Shown: piece by piece, positions 23,982 through 35,339 of the stretch | Position numbering within the stretch: the stretch's first letter is position 1 | How the letters are laid out: each line of letters starts with the position of its first letter | Assembly: GCA_963758635.1 (NCBI GenBank) | Contig: CAVWWD010000008.1 | Coordinates: 128,001-192,000 of the forward strand | DNA: 64,000 bases | From: an uncultured Candidatus Rokubacteria bacterium | GTDB taxonomy: Bacteria; Methylomirabilota; Methylomirabilia; Rokubacteriales; CSP1-6 | Direction of reading: 5' to 3' | Notes under the pieces: model-generated | Told to the model about the DNA's origin: nothing | Database searches by the model: none | The model's input: the letters and a program-made list of their open reading frames with translations, nothing else | Program-made: the position numbers and the translations under genes

Positions 23982-25951
23982 GCGCGGCGCGCGTCACCGA
24001 CAGATCGACGTCCTCCTCCAGCATGTAGCGCTCCGCGCAGAGCCGGACGGCCGCCGCGCGCACGGCGGCGAGGTAAGCGTCGCGGGACGCGTAGCGCTCC
24101 GCGATCGACCGTCGCGGGTCGCCCGCGGCCTCGCGCTCGGCGCGCGTGCGCGCGAACGGGATGGTGCCGCCCGCGAACACGAGGAGCTGCTCGGCGCCGC
24201 CGATGTCCGGATGGCGGAGCGTCCACCCGGTGTGGGTGGCGAGCGGCACGGACAGCTCGGGGAGCGGGATGCCCGCCCGCTCGTTGCCGTCGTCGTCGAC
24301 GGCGGACACCCGCGAGCCCCACGGCGCGCCTTCGCCCGGCGGGAGCGACGGCGCGCGCAGGGGATCGGCGCCGAAGTCCAGCCGGAGCGGCAGCGGGTGG
24401 CGCGGCGGATAGTGCGCGCCCGGGATGCGCGCGAACACCGTCGCCAGCGCTCCCGGCTCCACCGCCGTGCCGTCGTCCACGCGGGGATGCCGGCTCGGCG
24501 GCGGCTCCACGCCCTCGGTCACCCAGCGGTCCAGGTTGACGAGGCAGGCGCGGAGCAGCCGGCCGTAGTCGAGCGTGCCGCGCACGTTCTGCGAGCGCTC
24601 GACCGTGCCGGTGGCGTCGGCGGCCGCGGCCTGGGTGTCCGTGGGCGGCCACACGCCGAGCCCGTGCTCGGTGCCCGCGAAGTGGTACACGCGCACGTGC
24701 GGGCCGTGGGCCACGTCGCGGCGGCCGTCGGGGTCGGTGTGGATGAGCGAGGCGTCGCCCCGGTGGTACTCGGCCGAGGAGTTCGTGTAGAAGACGCGGA
24801 CGCGGCTGCCGCGCGCGTCGGCGCGCGCGTGGAGCGCGTCGGTCCGGCCGGTGGCCGCGTCGGTCTGCGGCGTGTCCGCGGACGGGAAGACGTGCGCCAT
24901 CATGTGCGGCCGGTCCTTCGAGTTCTGGCCGAAGCGCTGGTTGAACTCGCCGCGCATCCCGCCCGCCACGTTGGCGATGATGCCGTCGAGCGCCTCGCGG
25001 CCGGCCTCGTCGACGTTCAGGTCCTCGTACACGAGCGTGCGCAGGAGGCGGCCGGTCTGCGAGCGGCCGTACGCGTAGCCCCAGCGGATCGCGCCGGGCG
25101 CGGGGTTGCCCTCGGCGGCGCCGCCGTGCTTGAGCCAGGACACCGAATCCCGGAGGGCGGCGAGGGACAGCCCCAGCACGGGCGCGCCCACCGCCGTGTA
25201 GCTGATCCGGTAGAGCCGGCCCTTCTCGAAGCCGCCGTCCAGGTGCACGTGGCGCGCGTCGGGCACGACGCGGCCGTCCACGGCGCGCGCGAAGCGCCAC
25301 CGCTCGCGCGGGATCGGCGTGCCGGGCGCGTCGGGCATGTCGCGCACGGTGAGGAGCGCGTCGGGCTCGATCCAGGTCGGCGGCGGCGTACGGCAGGTGC
25401 CCGCGGTCGGACAGGAGCATGTGGGGGACGGCCACGTGCGACTGGAGCTGCGTGTACACGCGCCCGGTGAGCCGCTGGCCCGCGGCATCGCGCGCCTCCG
25501 GCGCGTAGAGCCGGTAGAGGCCCGCGATCTCGGGCACGTCCGCCTGCCAGCCGCACGAGATGACGACCCAGCCGCGCCGCATGAGGAACCCGTCGCCCAC
25601 GTCGATGTCCGGGTTCGGCTCGGAGCCGGGGCCGAACACCGGGCGCGTCGCGTGGTTGAAGTTCGGCACGGCCACGGTGTTCCCGCGGTTGACCACGTCG
25701 AGCATCACGCGGCCGCTGGCGCGCGCGCGGTCCACCGGCAGCAGCACCGACACGTCGGCGGCGAACTCCACCCGGCCGTCGCGGTTCCGCGGGGCCAGCT
25801 CCACGTCGGTGATCCGCCGGTTGACGGGATGCGCGGGGTCGATGGCGAAGTGGAGCCGGCCCTTCAGCTCCTCGTAGGGGCCGGCGTCGCCGAACGAGCG
25901 GCCTCCGGCGAGCGGGCGTCGAAGCGCGATCTCGAAGCGCGTGACGGGCAT
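23926..25951 (-). CDS. Alpha/beta hydrolase domain protein (Abhydrolase_10-like; frameshift ~25375)
   Basis: FGDAGPYEEL...DVVNRGN...CGWQAD; GRSQTGR nucleophile elbow; YHFAGTEH. Confidence 0.8.
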
Positions 25952-25964
25952 CGGCGTGGCCTCC

Positions 25965-26684
25965 TCAGCGGCCCTCGCGCTCGAGCCACTCGTCGAGCGG
26001 CGGCACGCGGGCGTCCACCTGGCGCAGGTCGTAGTAGGGGATCGCGGGACGGTACACCTGGAAGACGCGGCGCAGCTCGCCGACGGGCTCGTCGTGCACG
26101 TCCACGCGCAGGTCCACCCGCGCGAACGGCTTGGTGTCGCAGACGAGCAGGGCCGCCGACCGCTGGCCCCCGTGCTGCCCGCCGGCGTCGCGGCCCGCCT
26201 CGATCGCCCGCAGCAGGCGCTCCTCGAGGTCCTCGGCGGGGTCGGCGAGGAACGTCTTCTCCATGGCGTCGAGCACGCGCTCGCCGGTGAGGACGTTGCC
26301 GAGCACGACGTAGCCCTCTCCGGTGCGGTGGCCGGCCCAGTCGCGGTTCTTCTTGCCCGTGCGGGCGGCGGCGAACCCGTCGTCGTCGACCACGCCGAGC
26401 TGGCGGTACTCGGCGTAGGGATCGGTGCGCGCCAGCTCGTCGACCACCGCGGGCGCCTTCAGCCCCATCTCGAGCAGGCGCAGCGCCTGGTAGCCGAGCC
26501 GCGCGTCGGCGATGGCCATGATGGCGACCGCGCCCAGGCGCGCGCGCACGTGCGGCACCCGCGCGCCGACGGCGAGCGAGCGCGTGGTGGTGGCGATGCC
26601 GAGCCGCCCGGTGCGGGCGCAGCGGCCGATGGCGGTGAACGTGTGGAACTCGACGCCCGGCGGCGGCCCGATCGGTGTGGTCAT
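25965..26684 (-). CDS. DUF1028 family (Ntn-hydrolase-like) protein
   Basis: HTFTAIGRC...AVGARVP...RSAALLV...VDLRVDVHDEPVGEL. Confidence 0.85.
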   Translation of the reverse strand: MTTPIGPPPGVEFHTFTAIGRCARTGRLGIATTTRSLAVGARVPHVRARLGAVAIMAIADARLGYQALRLLEMGLKAPAVVDELARTDPYAEYRQLGVVDDDGFAAARTGKKNRDWAGHRTGEGYVVLGNVLTGERVLDAMEKTFLADPAEDLEERLLRAIEAGRDAGGQHGGQRSAALLVCDTKPFARVDLRVDVHDEPVGELRRVFQVYRPAIPYYDLRQVDARVPPLDEWLEREGR

Positions 26685-26801
26685 GGCGTGCCCTCCCTCG
26701 TGCGCGTCGCTGGCTTCCTCCTCTCGCGGCGGCGTTCCGCGCGCTTGCGGCTTCGACCGCCCCTCAGCCCTCTCCGGAGACGCGGTCCATCGCTCGCCGC
26801 G

Positions 26802-27911
26802 CTACGCGAGGCCGATGGCCGCGGCGACGGTCTCGAGATGCTCGGCGCTGTCGCCGAAGTCGACGCTGGCCGCCTGCATCCGCTTGTGGAGCCGATGCAG
26901 GATGTGCTCCTCGCAGTAGCCGATGGCGCCCAGGATCTGGTGCGCCTTGCGCGCCACCGCCAGGCACGCCTCGCCCGCGTGGGCTTTCGCCATCGCGACG
27001 TCGGCGGCCGAGTCCTGCCCGGTCTCCGCCTTCCAGGCCGCGCGGTACAGCAGGTACCGCGCGCCGTCGACGTGGCGCAGCATGTCCGCGCAGTGGTGCT
27101 GGATGGCCTGGAACGAGCCGATCGGCTTGCCCGACTGCACGCGGGTGCGCGCGTGCTCCACCGACAGCTCGAGCGCGCGCGCGGCGCCGCCCACCAGCTC
27201 GGCGGCCCGCGCGAGGGCGCCGGCGGTCAGCGCGCGCCCGAGCGGTGCGCCGCCCCCGCCGGCCGGCCCGAGCAGATCCTCCGCGCGCACCTCGACGCCC
27301 GACAGCGCGACCTCGAAGCACTTCTCGCCGGAGATCGTCTCCATGGGCGCCACCGCGAGGCCCGGCCGGTCCGCCTCGATCAGGAACAGGCTCACGCCGC
27401 CGCGTCCGCGCGCCACCAGCACGAGGTGATCGGCCAGGTGCGCGTCTCGCACGAAGAGCTTCCGGCCGGTCACGCGCTGGCCCGGCTCCGCGGCCAGGGT
27501 CAGCGCGCGGGGATCCGCGGTGCCGTCCTCCTCGGCGAGCGCCACGGCGCAGAGCCGCTCGCCCTGCGCCATGTCGGGCAGGAGGCGCCGCTGCTGCGCG
27601 GGGCTCGCGGCGGCGAGCAGCAGCGTGGTCGCCACCACCCCGCTCGACACGAACGGGCCCGGCAGCCCGGCGCGGCCCATCTCCTCCACGAGCAGCAGCA
27701 CGTCGAGGAGCGAGCCGCCGCTGCCGCCGAGGTCGGCGGGCACCAGGAGACCGGGCCAGCCGAGCATCGCGATCTCGCTCCAGAGGTCCTCGGGGATCCC
27801 GCGCGGGTCGGTGGCCATCGCCTGGACCAGCTCCGGGGGACAGCGGCGGCGGAGCCATTCGCGCGCGGTGTTGACGAGGAGCCGCTGCGCTTCCGTCGGC
27901 TGGAAGTCCAT
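26802..27911 (-). CDS. Acyl-CoA dehydrogenase family protein (FadE-pair beta-like subunit)
   Basis: RVQSGKPIGSFQAIQH, HQILGAIGY. Confidence 0.88.
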   Translation of the reverse strand: MDFQPTEAQRLLVNTAREWLRRRCPPELVQAMATDPRGIPEDLWSEIAMLGWPGLLVPADLGGSGGSLLDVLLLVEEMGRAGLPGPFVSSGVVATTLLLAAASPAQQRRLLPDMAQGERLCAVALAEEDGTADPRALTLAAEPGQRVTGRKLFVRDAHLADHLVLVARGRGGVSLFLIEADRPGLAVAPMETISGEKCFEVALSGVEVRAEDLLGPAGGGGAPLGRALTAGALARAAELVGGAARALELSVEHARTRVQSGKPIGSFQAIQHHCADMLRHVDGARYLLYRAAWKAETGQDSAADVAMAKAHAGEACLAVARKAHQILGAIGYCEEHILHRLHKRMQAASVDFGDSAEHLETVAAAIGLA

Positions 27912-27923
27912 GGCCGGCGCCGG

Positions 27924-29112
27924 CTACGCCACCGCCTTGGGCAGGCCGAGCCCGCGCACCGCGACGGTGCCGCGCAGGATCTCGGAGGTGCCGCCGGCGA
28001 TGGTGTGGCCGAGGCTCGTCTGGTACATGTGCTGGATCGCGCCGCCGAGCTTCGCCCAGCGCGAGCCCGCGGTGAGCGGGCCGAACGGGCCGAGCAGCTC
28101 CATGCCGAGCGCGGCGAGCTTCTGCCCCGTCTCGTCGGCCATGACCTTGGCGAGCGCCGACTCGTACGTGATCGGGCGGCCCGTCTCGATCATCCAGCCC
28201 GCGCGGTAGAAGAGCATCCGGAGCGCCTCGATCTCCGTCGCGAGCACGGCGAGCTGGCGCCGCACCACGGGATCGCGCGAGAGGGGAGCGCCGTGGCGCG
28301 TCGCCGTGTTCGCGTACGTCACGAGCTGGTCGAGCACCCGGCGCAGGTACGGCGCCTTGTAGAAGCGGCCCCAGAAGCGGTCGGTGTCGAGCCCCTTCAG
28401 GAGCTGGGCGAAGCCCTGGTGCTCGCGGCCCAGGAGGTAGTCGGCGGCCACGCGCACGCCGTCCAGGAACACCTCGTAGTGGTACACGCCGCCCGTCATG
28501 CTCCGGATGGGCCGGATGTCCATGCCCGGCGTGCGGTTGTCCACCACGAACATGCTGAGGCCCTGGTGCCGCTTCGCCGTCGGGTCGGTGCGCGCGAGGA
28601 CGAGGCCGTAGGTGGCGATGCCGGCGTGGCTCGACCAGATCTTGTGGCCGTCGATCACCCAGTGGTCGCCGTCGCGGCGGGCCTCGGTGGTGAGCGACAG
28701 GAGGTCCGAGCCCGCGCCCGGCTCGCTGAAGCCCTGCCAGAACGTGGCCTCGCCGCGCGCGATGCGCGGGAGCACCTCGGTGCGCAGGCGCTCGGAGCCG
28801 TACTGGATGATGGACTCCGCGGTCTGGTCGCAGCCGGCGAGCGGGCCCGAACGGCGCGCCCGCCGCGGCCAGCTCCTCGAGGAGGATCAGCCGGTGGACC
28901 ATGGGCCGCTCCTGGCCGCCGAAGGCGCGGGGCCAGCCGAGCGAGAGCCAGCCGCGGTCGCCCAGCGCGCGCATGAACGCGTGCGAGTGCGCGCCGGAGC
29001 CGTAGCCCGCGTCCATGCCGTCCTCGGGGAAGCGCTCGGGCGGGTGCTCGGCGAGGAAGCGCCGGATCTCCTCGCGGAAGGCCTCGGCGTCGGCGGAGAA
29101 GCCGAATTCCAT
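27924..29112 (-). CDS. Acyl-CoA dehydrogenase family protein (frameshift ~28840)
   Basis: FSEPGAGSDL, IDGHKIWSS, TIAGGTSEILR. Confidence 0.88.
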
Positions 29113-29129
29113 GGGGACGAGCGGGCCGG

Positions 29130-29895
29130 TCAGGCGTCCGCGCCGACGAGGCGGGGCAGGATGTCGCTGATCGAGCCGCGGATGACCGCGTCGCCCATCT
29201 CGTCCATCGCGGTGGGCTCGGCGTTCAGGATCACCACGCGCGCGCCCACGTCCTTGGCCGTGGGCACCACGCCGGCGATCGGGTACACGGCGAGCGTCGA
29301 GCCCACGGCGAGCATCAGGTCGGCGCGGGACGCGGCGCGCTCGGCGCGGCGCAGGTCCTCGGGCACGAGGCCCTGGCCGAAGGAGATCGTCGCCGACTTC
29401 AGGATGCCGCCGCAGCTCCGGCACGGCGGGTCGGCCTCGCCGGCCTGGACGCGCGCCAGCGCCCGCTCCATCGGGGCGCGCTCGCCGCACGAGAGACACG
29501 TCACCTCGCGCAGCGTGCCGTGGATCTCCACCAGGCGGTCGGGCGAGGTCCCGGCCTTGAGGTGGAGGCCGTCCACGTTCTGCGTGATCAGCATCTCGAG
29601 CTTGCCCCGCTTCTCGAGCGCGACGATGGCGTGGTGTCCCGCGTTCGGCTCGGCGAGCCACGACTTCGACTCGAGGCGCATCTGCCAGGACGCGCTTGCG
29701 CACCTCCGGCTCGGCCACGTAGTTCTGGATCGTCGCCATCTTCTCGGCGCCGGGGTTCTTGGTCCACACGCCCTGGGGGCCGCGGAAGTCGGGGATGCCG
29801 GAGTCGGTGGAGATGCCCGCGCCGGTGAGCACGACCACGCGCTCGGCCGCGTCGATCCAGGCGCGCGCGGTGGCCACGAGCGCGTCGATCGGCAT
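29130..29895 (-). CDS. cobB: NAD-dependent protein deacylase, sirtuin (frameshift ~29690)
   Basis: TGAGISTDSGIPDFRG, ITQNVDGLH, CxxC...CxxC zinc site. Confidence 0.9.
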
Positions 29896-29906
29896 CGGCT
29901 CCCGGC

Positions 29907-30404
29907 TCACGGGCGGGCCGCGCGCTCGTTCACCGCGCCCTCCAGCAGGGCGAGGGCCCGCCGGGTGAACTCCCACATGTTCGCCTCGCGATCGGGGCTG
30001 CCCGTCTCCACGGTGATCACGCGCTCGACCGGCCCCGACACCGCGATGCACGCGTGCCCGGCGAGGTCGCCGTAGCGGTTGCCGGTGGGGCCGGTCGCGC
30101 CCGTCTCCGAGAGGCCCCACGTGGTGCCGAGCTGCTCGCGCACCCGGCGGGCCATGATGAGCGCGTAGGGCTCGCTCGACGAGCGCACGCCCTGCATCGT
30201 GTCCTCGGGCACCTGGAGCACCGCGCGGCGCGCCGCCGCGGTGTAGATCACCTCGCCGCCCATGAAGTAGGCGGAAGCGCCCGGCACGGCGAGGAGCGCG
30301 GCCGAGATGAGGCCACCGGCGGACGACTCCGCCACTGCCACCGTCTCCTTCCGGGACTTGAGCAGCGCGCCCAGCGAAGCGGCCATCGGAGAGAGATCGG
30401 GCAT
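29907..30404 (-). CDS. CinA C-terminal / PncC-like protein
   Basis: VAVAESSAGGLISAAL...GASAYF...ETGATGP. Confidence 0.85.
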   Translation of the reverse strand: MPDLSPMAASLGALLKSRKETVAVAESSAGGLISAALLAVPGASAYFMGGEVIYTAAARRAVLQVPEDTMQGVRSSSEPYALIMARRVREQLGTTWGLSETGATGPTGNRYGDLAGHACIAVSGPVERVITVETGSPDREANMWEFTRRALALLEGAVNERAARP

Positions 30405-30409
30405 CGGTG

Positions 30410-30931
30410 TCACCTCGTCGTCGGCCGGGCGGTGAGGCCCATGACGCGGCCTACCTGCGTCGGCCGGGGAAGTCGGTCGTGCGCGGCCTGGATGCGGGAG
30501 AGGCGCTCCTGGATCTCCGGGGCCATCGCGGTGGCGCGCCGGGTCTCCTGGCTCACGTGCAGCGACACCAGCTCGTTGGTGGCGGCCAGGTAGCCCTCGG
30601 TCGCGTGGTACATCTCGTGGAAGTAGTGCATGCGCTTGGCGTCGTGGGCGAGGAGCTGCGTGGTGACGCGCAGGGGATCGCCCTCCCGCACCTCGCGCTG
30701 GTAGGTCACGTGCGCCTCCAGGCAGAACGTGGTGACCGGGTGCGCCCGGCGGTGCGCGCGGCCGAGCCCGATCCACTCGAACCAGTCGTCCGTGGCGTGG
30801 TCGAAGATCAGGACGTAGTAGGCCATGTTCAGGTGGCCGTTGTCGTCGATCCACTCCGGGCGGACGACGCCCCGGAAGCCGTCGTAGGGCGCGGCGACGG
30901 AGCCGGCCGCGGCGGCGGGGAGGCTTGTCAG
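30410..30931 (-). CDS. Acyl-CoA thioesterase (4HBT/hotdog family); start uncertain
   Basis: VRPEWIDDNGHLNMAYYVLIFD in frame upstream of the listed ATG. Confidence 0.82.
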   Translation of the reverse strand: MTSLPAAAAGSVAAPYDGFRGVVRPEWIDDNGHLNMAYYVLIFDHATDDWFEWIGLGRAHRRAHPVTTFCLEAHVTYQREVREGDPLRVTTQLLAHDAKRMHYFHEMYHATEGYLAATNELVSLHVSQETRRATAMAPEIQERLSRIQAAHDRLPRPTQVGRVMGLTARPTTR

Positions 30932-30958
30932 ATCCCGGTCATGTCAGGTTCGATCGCC

Positions 30959-31303
30959 TCATTCCGCGAACATCTCCTGTAGTCGCTGAAGGACGGTTGT
31001 GGTTGCTTCGGGTGACAGGCGACCGAGGCGGCGTACAAGGCGCTCGGTGTCAACGGTTCGGAGCTGATCCAAAGCGACGAAGCCGGGCCGGCGTTGGAAG
31101 CGGCACGGTACGCGCCATGGATATGAGCGGCCAGCCGTCGTCATGGGCGCCACGATCACTGTGCGCAGGTACTCGTTCAGTTCGTCGGGTGAGACGACAA
31201 GACACGGGCGCGTCTTCTGGATTTCGCTGCCGAGCGTCGGATCGAGCCGGACCAGGTGAACGTCTCCGCGGGCTCTCGCCGCCCGCGTCACCGCCACTCC
31301 CAC
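30959..31303 (-). CDS. mazF: PemK/MazF toxin
   Basis: LDPTLGSEIQKTRPCLVVSPDELN...VAPMT...DQLRTVD. Confidence 0.92.
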   Translation of the reverse strand: MGVAVTRAARARGDVHLVRLDPTLGSEIQKTRPCLVVSPDELNEYLRTVIVAPMTTAGRSYPWRVPCRFQRRPGFVALDQLRTVDTERLVRRLGRLSPEATTTVLQRLQEMFAE

Positions 31304-31545
31304 TCCTCCCGATCGAAGCGAGTCGCCGAGGGCTGATCAAGGAGGCCGTCATTGCGGGCCTCCGCCATGGCACGCGCTGCCTGCGCCCAGCCGGTTCGCG
31401 GACGTTGGGCTCCCTGGACGACAAGGCGCCCCGGCTCAGCGTGCAGCTCTACCTCGTCGGGCAGCTGCGCCTGATCCAGCAGGATCTTCGGCACGCGGAT
31501 GCCGCGGGAGTTACCGATTCGAACAATCCGAGTCTTGGTGGTCAT
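31288..31545 (-). CDS. mazE: AbrB/MazE antitoxin
   Basis: IVRIGNSRGIRVPK. Confidence 0.92.
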   Translation of the reverse strand: MTTKTRIVRIGNSRGIRVPKILLDQAQLPDEVELHAEPGRLVVQGAQRPRTGWAQAARAMAEARNDGLLDQPSATRFDREEWEWR

Positions 31546-31549
31546 GTGG

Positions 31550-32278
31550 TCACACTGTAGCTACCACGAGCCGCGTCCGGTAGGTTACGAACATAACATC
31601 CCCCAGGACGAGGAGCGCGCCGGCTCGCTTGGCGCTCATCTCGGCGAAGGCGGCGTCGAAGTCGCTGACGCGGCGAGCCTCGAGGAGCTGAAGCTCCACG
31701 CCCCGGTCCCGGGCGGCGGTCTCGACCTCTTTGAACGCAAGAGCGTTGCCGGGCGTCGCTGGATTCCAGAGAACGGACACCCGAGCAACCTTCGGGACGG
31801 TCTCCCTGAGCAGCGCAAATTGCTTTCCGGCTATCTCCGGGCCGAGCAAGCCGGTCAGCCCTGTGAGGTTTCCCCCTGGGCGCGCCAGACTGGCGGCAAG
31901 CCCTAACGCGACGGGGTCATTGCCTCCCACGCTTACAAGAGGAATCGTCGTGGTCGCATTCCTCGCTGCCACCGCCGTTGGCGTTGAGGGAACGACGATG
32001 AGATCCACCCGGAGGCGAACCAGTTCTGCCGCGAGGTCGGGAAGCCGCTCCGCCCTCCCTTCCCCAAATCGCCACTCGATGATGATGTTCTGGCCATCGA
32101 CCCAGCCGAGGTCTCTCAGCCCTTGCAGAAACGGCCTGATGAAGGGCTGCCCGCTCTCCCGCGTCGGGCCGCCCAGCCACCCGATCCGCGGGACTTTCCC
32201 CTGTTGCGCCCCGGCGGCGATCGGCGCGGCGAGAATGCCCCCGGTCAGGGCCGTAACAAACGTCCTGCGCGAAATCAC
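31550..32278 (-). pseudogene. Trp/Tyr-type (ABC_sub_bind) substrate-binding protein, C-terminally truncated cassette gene
   Basis: SLARPGGNLTGL; stops about 80 aa short of its paralogues, directly at the mazE upstream region. Confidence 0.78.
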
Positions 32279-32358
32279 CGAATGGCCATATCAGCCGCAG
32301 GTGCTGCAGCCGCACCGCTGACGGAATACTTCACTCAGTTGAAGTCCTCAGGTCGACC

Positions 32359-32430
32359 ATCTAACGCCGCGCTCAGCGGCCGGAGGGCGAGCAACGCGAG
32401 CCCCCGGTCCGTTGAAGCGTGATGTTGGGC
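32359..32430 (-). mobile_element. Integron attC site
   Basis: Minus strand GCCCAAC...GTTAGAT (RYYYAAC / GTTRRRY), 72 bp imperfect palindrome, 9 bp downstream of the SBP stop. Confidence 0.85.
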
Positions 32431-32439
32431 AGCATGAAA

Positions 32440-33402
32440 TCACTCTATGACCTGGTCCGCCCGCAGCAGCAGGGACGGCGGGACCGTCAGACCGAGCATC
32501 TTCGCGGTCTTGAGATTGATCACCAGCTCGAATTTGGCCGGTTGCTCAATGGGCAGATCGGCGGGCTTGGCGCCTTTCAGGATCTTATCGACGTATGTCG
32601 CGGAGCGATGGACGTTGTGACGAAAATTGGCACCGTAGCTCATGAGGCCACCGGCCTCCGGGTATTCCCTCGAGCCATACATTGCCGGTAGGCGGTTCTT
32701 CGCCGCAAGGTCGGTGAGCCGTGCTCGATGGAAACCAAAGAAGGGGTCCAGCACTACGAGGAGGGCCCCCGCGCGTTCTCGGGCCATCGCGGCGAAGGCA
32801 TTGTCGAACTCGTTGGGACCTCCGGCCTCCAGGAGCTGAAGCTGCACTCCCACCGCACGAGCCGCGACGATCACGTTTTCAATCGCGAGCGCGTGGGACG
32901 GATTGGCCGGGTTCGAGAGGACCGCCACACGGCGGACCTTGGGGACGGTCTCCTTGAGCAGCTCAAGCCATTTGCCGACAATGTCGGTGCCGACGCTGAA
33001 GGACAACCCCGTGACGTTCCCGCCCGGGCGCGCGAGGCTTGTGACGAGCCCGAGCCCCACCGGATCACCAGCTGTCGCCATGACGATCGGAATCGTTCCC
33101 GTCGCGTTCTTGGCTGCCACAGCGAGCGCCGTATAGCCAGCAAAGATGACGTCAACCTTAAAACGGACGAGCTCAGCCGCGAGGTCGGGCAACCGGTCGG
33201 ACCTGCCCTCGGCCCATCGATACTCGATGACGATAGTCTTGCCCTCAACCCACCCGAGGTCCCGTAACCCTTGCAGGAATGCGTCGACCAAGCCCGCGTC
33301 ATTAGAACGGGTCCTCGCCCCAAGAAATCCGACCCGGGGCACCTTCTCCAGGGGTTGGGCGGCAGCCGGGGCGAGGGACACGGCAAGGAGGAGAAGGACC
33401 AC
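32440..33402 (-). CDS. Trp/Tyr-type ABC substrate-binding protein (gene cassette)
   Basis: SLARPGGNVTGLS, GGLMSYG, KGAKPADLPIEQPAKFELVINLKTA; true start probably ~33430 with an indel. Confidence 0.9.
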   Translation of the reverse strand: MVLLLLAVSLAPAAAQPLEKVPRVGFLGARTRSNDAGLVDAFLQGLRDLGWVEGKTIVIEYRWAEGRSDRLPDLAAELVRFKVDVIFAGYTALAVAAKNATGTIPIVMATAGDPVGLGLVTSLARPGGNVTGLSFSVGTDIVGKWLELLKETVPKVRRVAVLSNPANPSHALAIENVIVAARAVGVQLQLLEAGGPNEFDNAFAAMARERAGALLVVLDPFFGFHRARLTDLAAKNRLPAMYGSREYPEAGGLMSYGANFRHNVHRSATYVDKILKGAKPADLPIEQPAKFELVINLKTAKMLGLTVPPSLLLRADQVIE

Positions 33403-33513
33403 AGCGGTGGCGAGAATATTTGAGCCTCACAGCTGGCCGTCCCCAATGCCCACCGCACCGTAGACTACAACAAGCCGGTGAGTCGTCATTGTCACTGTCG
33501 TACGCCCCGGTCT

Positions 33514-33585
33514 GCCCAACTACTATTCGGTCCGGCGATACGCGGACCCGCATAGCGACCCAGACGCTGCAACGCGGAGTCGGAC
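33514..33585 (-). mobile_element. attI- or degenerate attC-like site
   Basis: Minus-strand GTTGGGC core at 33520-33514 between the intI 3' end and the first cassette. Confidence 0.5.
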
Positions 33586-33732
33586 AGCATCGGTCCCACC
33601 CTCCAGTCTGGGTTCTTGCAGTCCTGTGATTCCGACTCCTTACCGATCCGTGGCCGGGTCTCGCTGGCCGTGCTATCCAACGCGGGGATGTCGTGTAGTG
33701 CGCCGTATATCCCGGTCGGGTCGGCCTGATTA

Positions 33733-33935
33733 TCACGCATCCAACATCCCGTCGAGCGGGCTGCGCACCCGGGACGGGCCGCGGTTCAGGAGTGCGGGTA
33801 GATCTGCGTGGTGGACACGTCACGGTGACCCAGGAGCTCCTCGACGGTCCGGATGTCGCGGCCGTCCTTGAGCAGGGGCGTGGCGGACGAATGGCGCAGG
33901 GTATGAGGGCCCGCACGCTTGGCGATCCCGGCATG
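33733..33935 (-). pseudogene. intI: Integron integrase (IntI-like tyrosine recombinase) C-terminal remnant
   Basis: [33 protein letters not shown], then frameshifted [13 protein letters not shown], the characteristic IntI tail; N-terminus missing. Confidence 0.8.
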
Positions 33936-34108
33936 TGGGTAGTTCCGAGGATAGCGGTCGGAGGACGGTAAGGTTCCCGCTGCTCCAGCTCTCCGCCTTT
34001 CAACACGTTGCTCCCCTCCCCGCTTGGTCCCAGACCCTCCGGGATAGATGGCAAGGCGCCGCTGCGTCGCCCGTCGCGTATGCGCGACGACAAGGCGTGC
34101 GCTGTATC

Positions 34109-35339
34109 TCACGTCCGTCGCGCGGCTTCCTTCTCCGCCATCTTCCGCCGGAGCTCCTCCGGCGTGAGCCGCACGATGTCCTCGTTCTGGTGCGAGTAGA
34201 CCTTGTGGCCGCTGGTGTCCAGGTCCTCGAGCTCGACGCGCCCGGCGAGCACGTCGGCCTTCCAGCGATCCTGCTCGGGCTGGCGCGCCTGGAACTCCGG
34301 CATTACCTCGCGCGCGAACAGCTCGAGGCTCGAGCAGATGTCCTCGTGGGTGGCCATGCCCGCCTGGTTCAGGAGGATGACCTGGTCGACGCGCGCGGCC
34401 TCGAACTCGCGGAGCGTGCGGCGGATGGTCTCCGGCGAGCCGATGAGGCCGGACTTGAGCGCCTTCTGCGCGGGCTCGGTGTGCCGCCAGTCCTGGTAGA
34501 GCGTCCACATGTCGCCCTTGCCGGGCTGGGCCATGCCGTGGCGGCCGTAGTGGCTCAGGCAGAACACGAAGAAGGTCCAGCCCGCCGCGCGCTCCTGCGC
34601 CTCGGCGTCGGTGGGGGCGCACATGAAGCCCGACACCATCGCGATGTTCGGGTTCGTCGGATAGTCGGCGAGCTTGGCGGGGTGGCGCGTCAGGTTGATG
34701 TAGTACTTGTTCACCCACGCGCGCGCGGCGTCCGGCGACACGAACTGGAAGCCCAGCGCGCCCATGCCCCAGCGTCCGGCGTCGGCGATGGTCTGGATGT
34801 TCGAGCACGCCACCCAGAGCGGCGGGTGCGGCTTCTGGAACGGCTTCGGGATCACGTTGCGCGACGGGAAGTCGAAGTGCTTGCCGTGCCACTCCCACGC
34901 GTCCTGGGTGAAGCAGGGGACGAGGGCCCGCACCGCCTCCTCCCACACCTCGCGCTTGTCGCGCACGCGCGCGCCGAAGGGGTGGAGCTCCACCGGGCCC
35001 TGGCCCTCGCCGAGCCCCAGCTCGACGCGGCCGCCGGAGAGGAGGTCGAGCGTGGCCACGCGCTCGGCGACGCGGATCGGATGGTTGGTGGGGAGCTGCA
35101 CCACGCCGTGGCCCAGGCGGATGCTTCCGCGTGCGCTGGCTCGCCGCGCCCAGGAACACCTCGGGCGCCGAGGAGTGCGAGTACTCCTCGAGGAAGTGGT
35201 GCTCCACCTCCCACGCGTAGTCGTAGCCCAGGCGGTCGGCGAGCTCGATCTGGGCGAGCGACTGCTGGAGGAGGTCGTGCTCGCTCCGCGCGGTCCACGG
35301 GCGCGGGAGCTGATGCTCGTAGAAGATGCCGAACTTCAT
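34109..35339 (-). CDS. LLM-class flavin-dependent oxidoreductase (frameshift ~35125)
   Basis: [47 protein letters not shown]. Confidence 0.9.

Noticed and set aside
25941..30120. Very long ORFs of 1011 aa (+) and 1118 aa (-)
   Set aside because: Shadow or off-frame ORFs typical of high-GC DNA; the real genes are the ACAD pair, sirtuin and DUF1028
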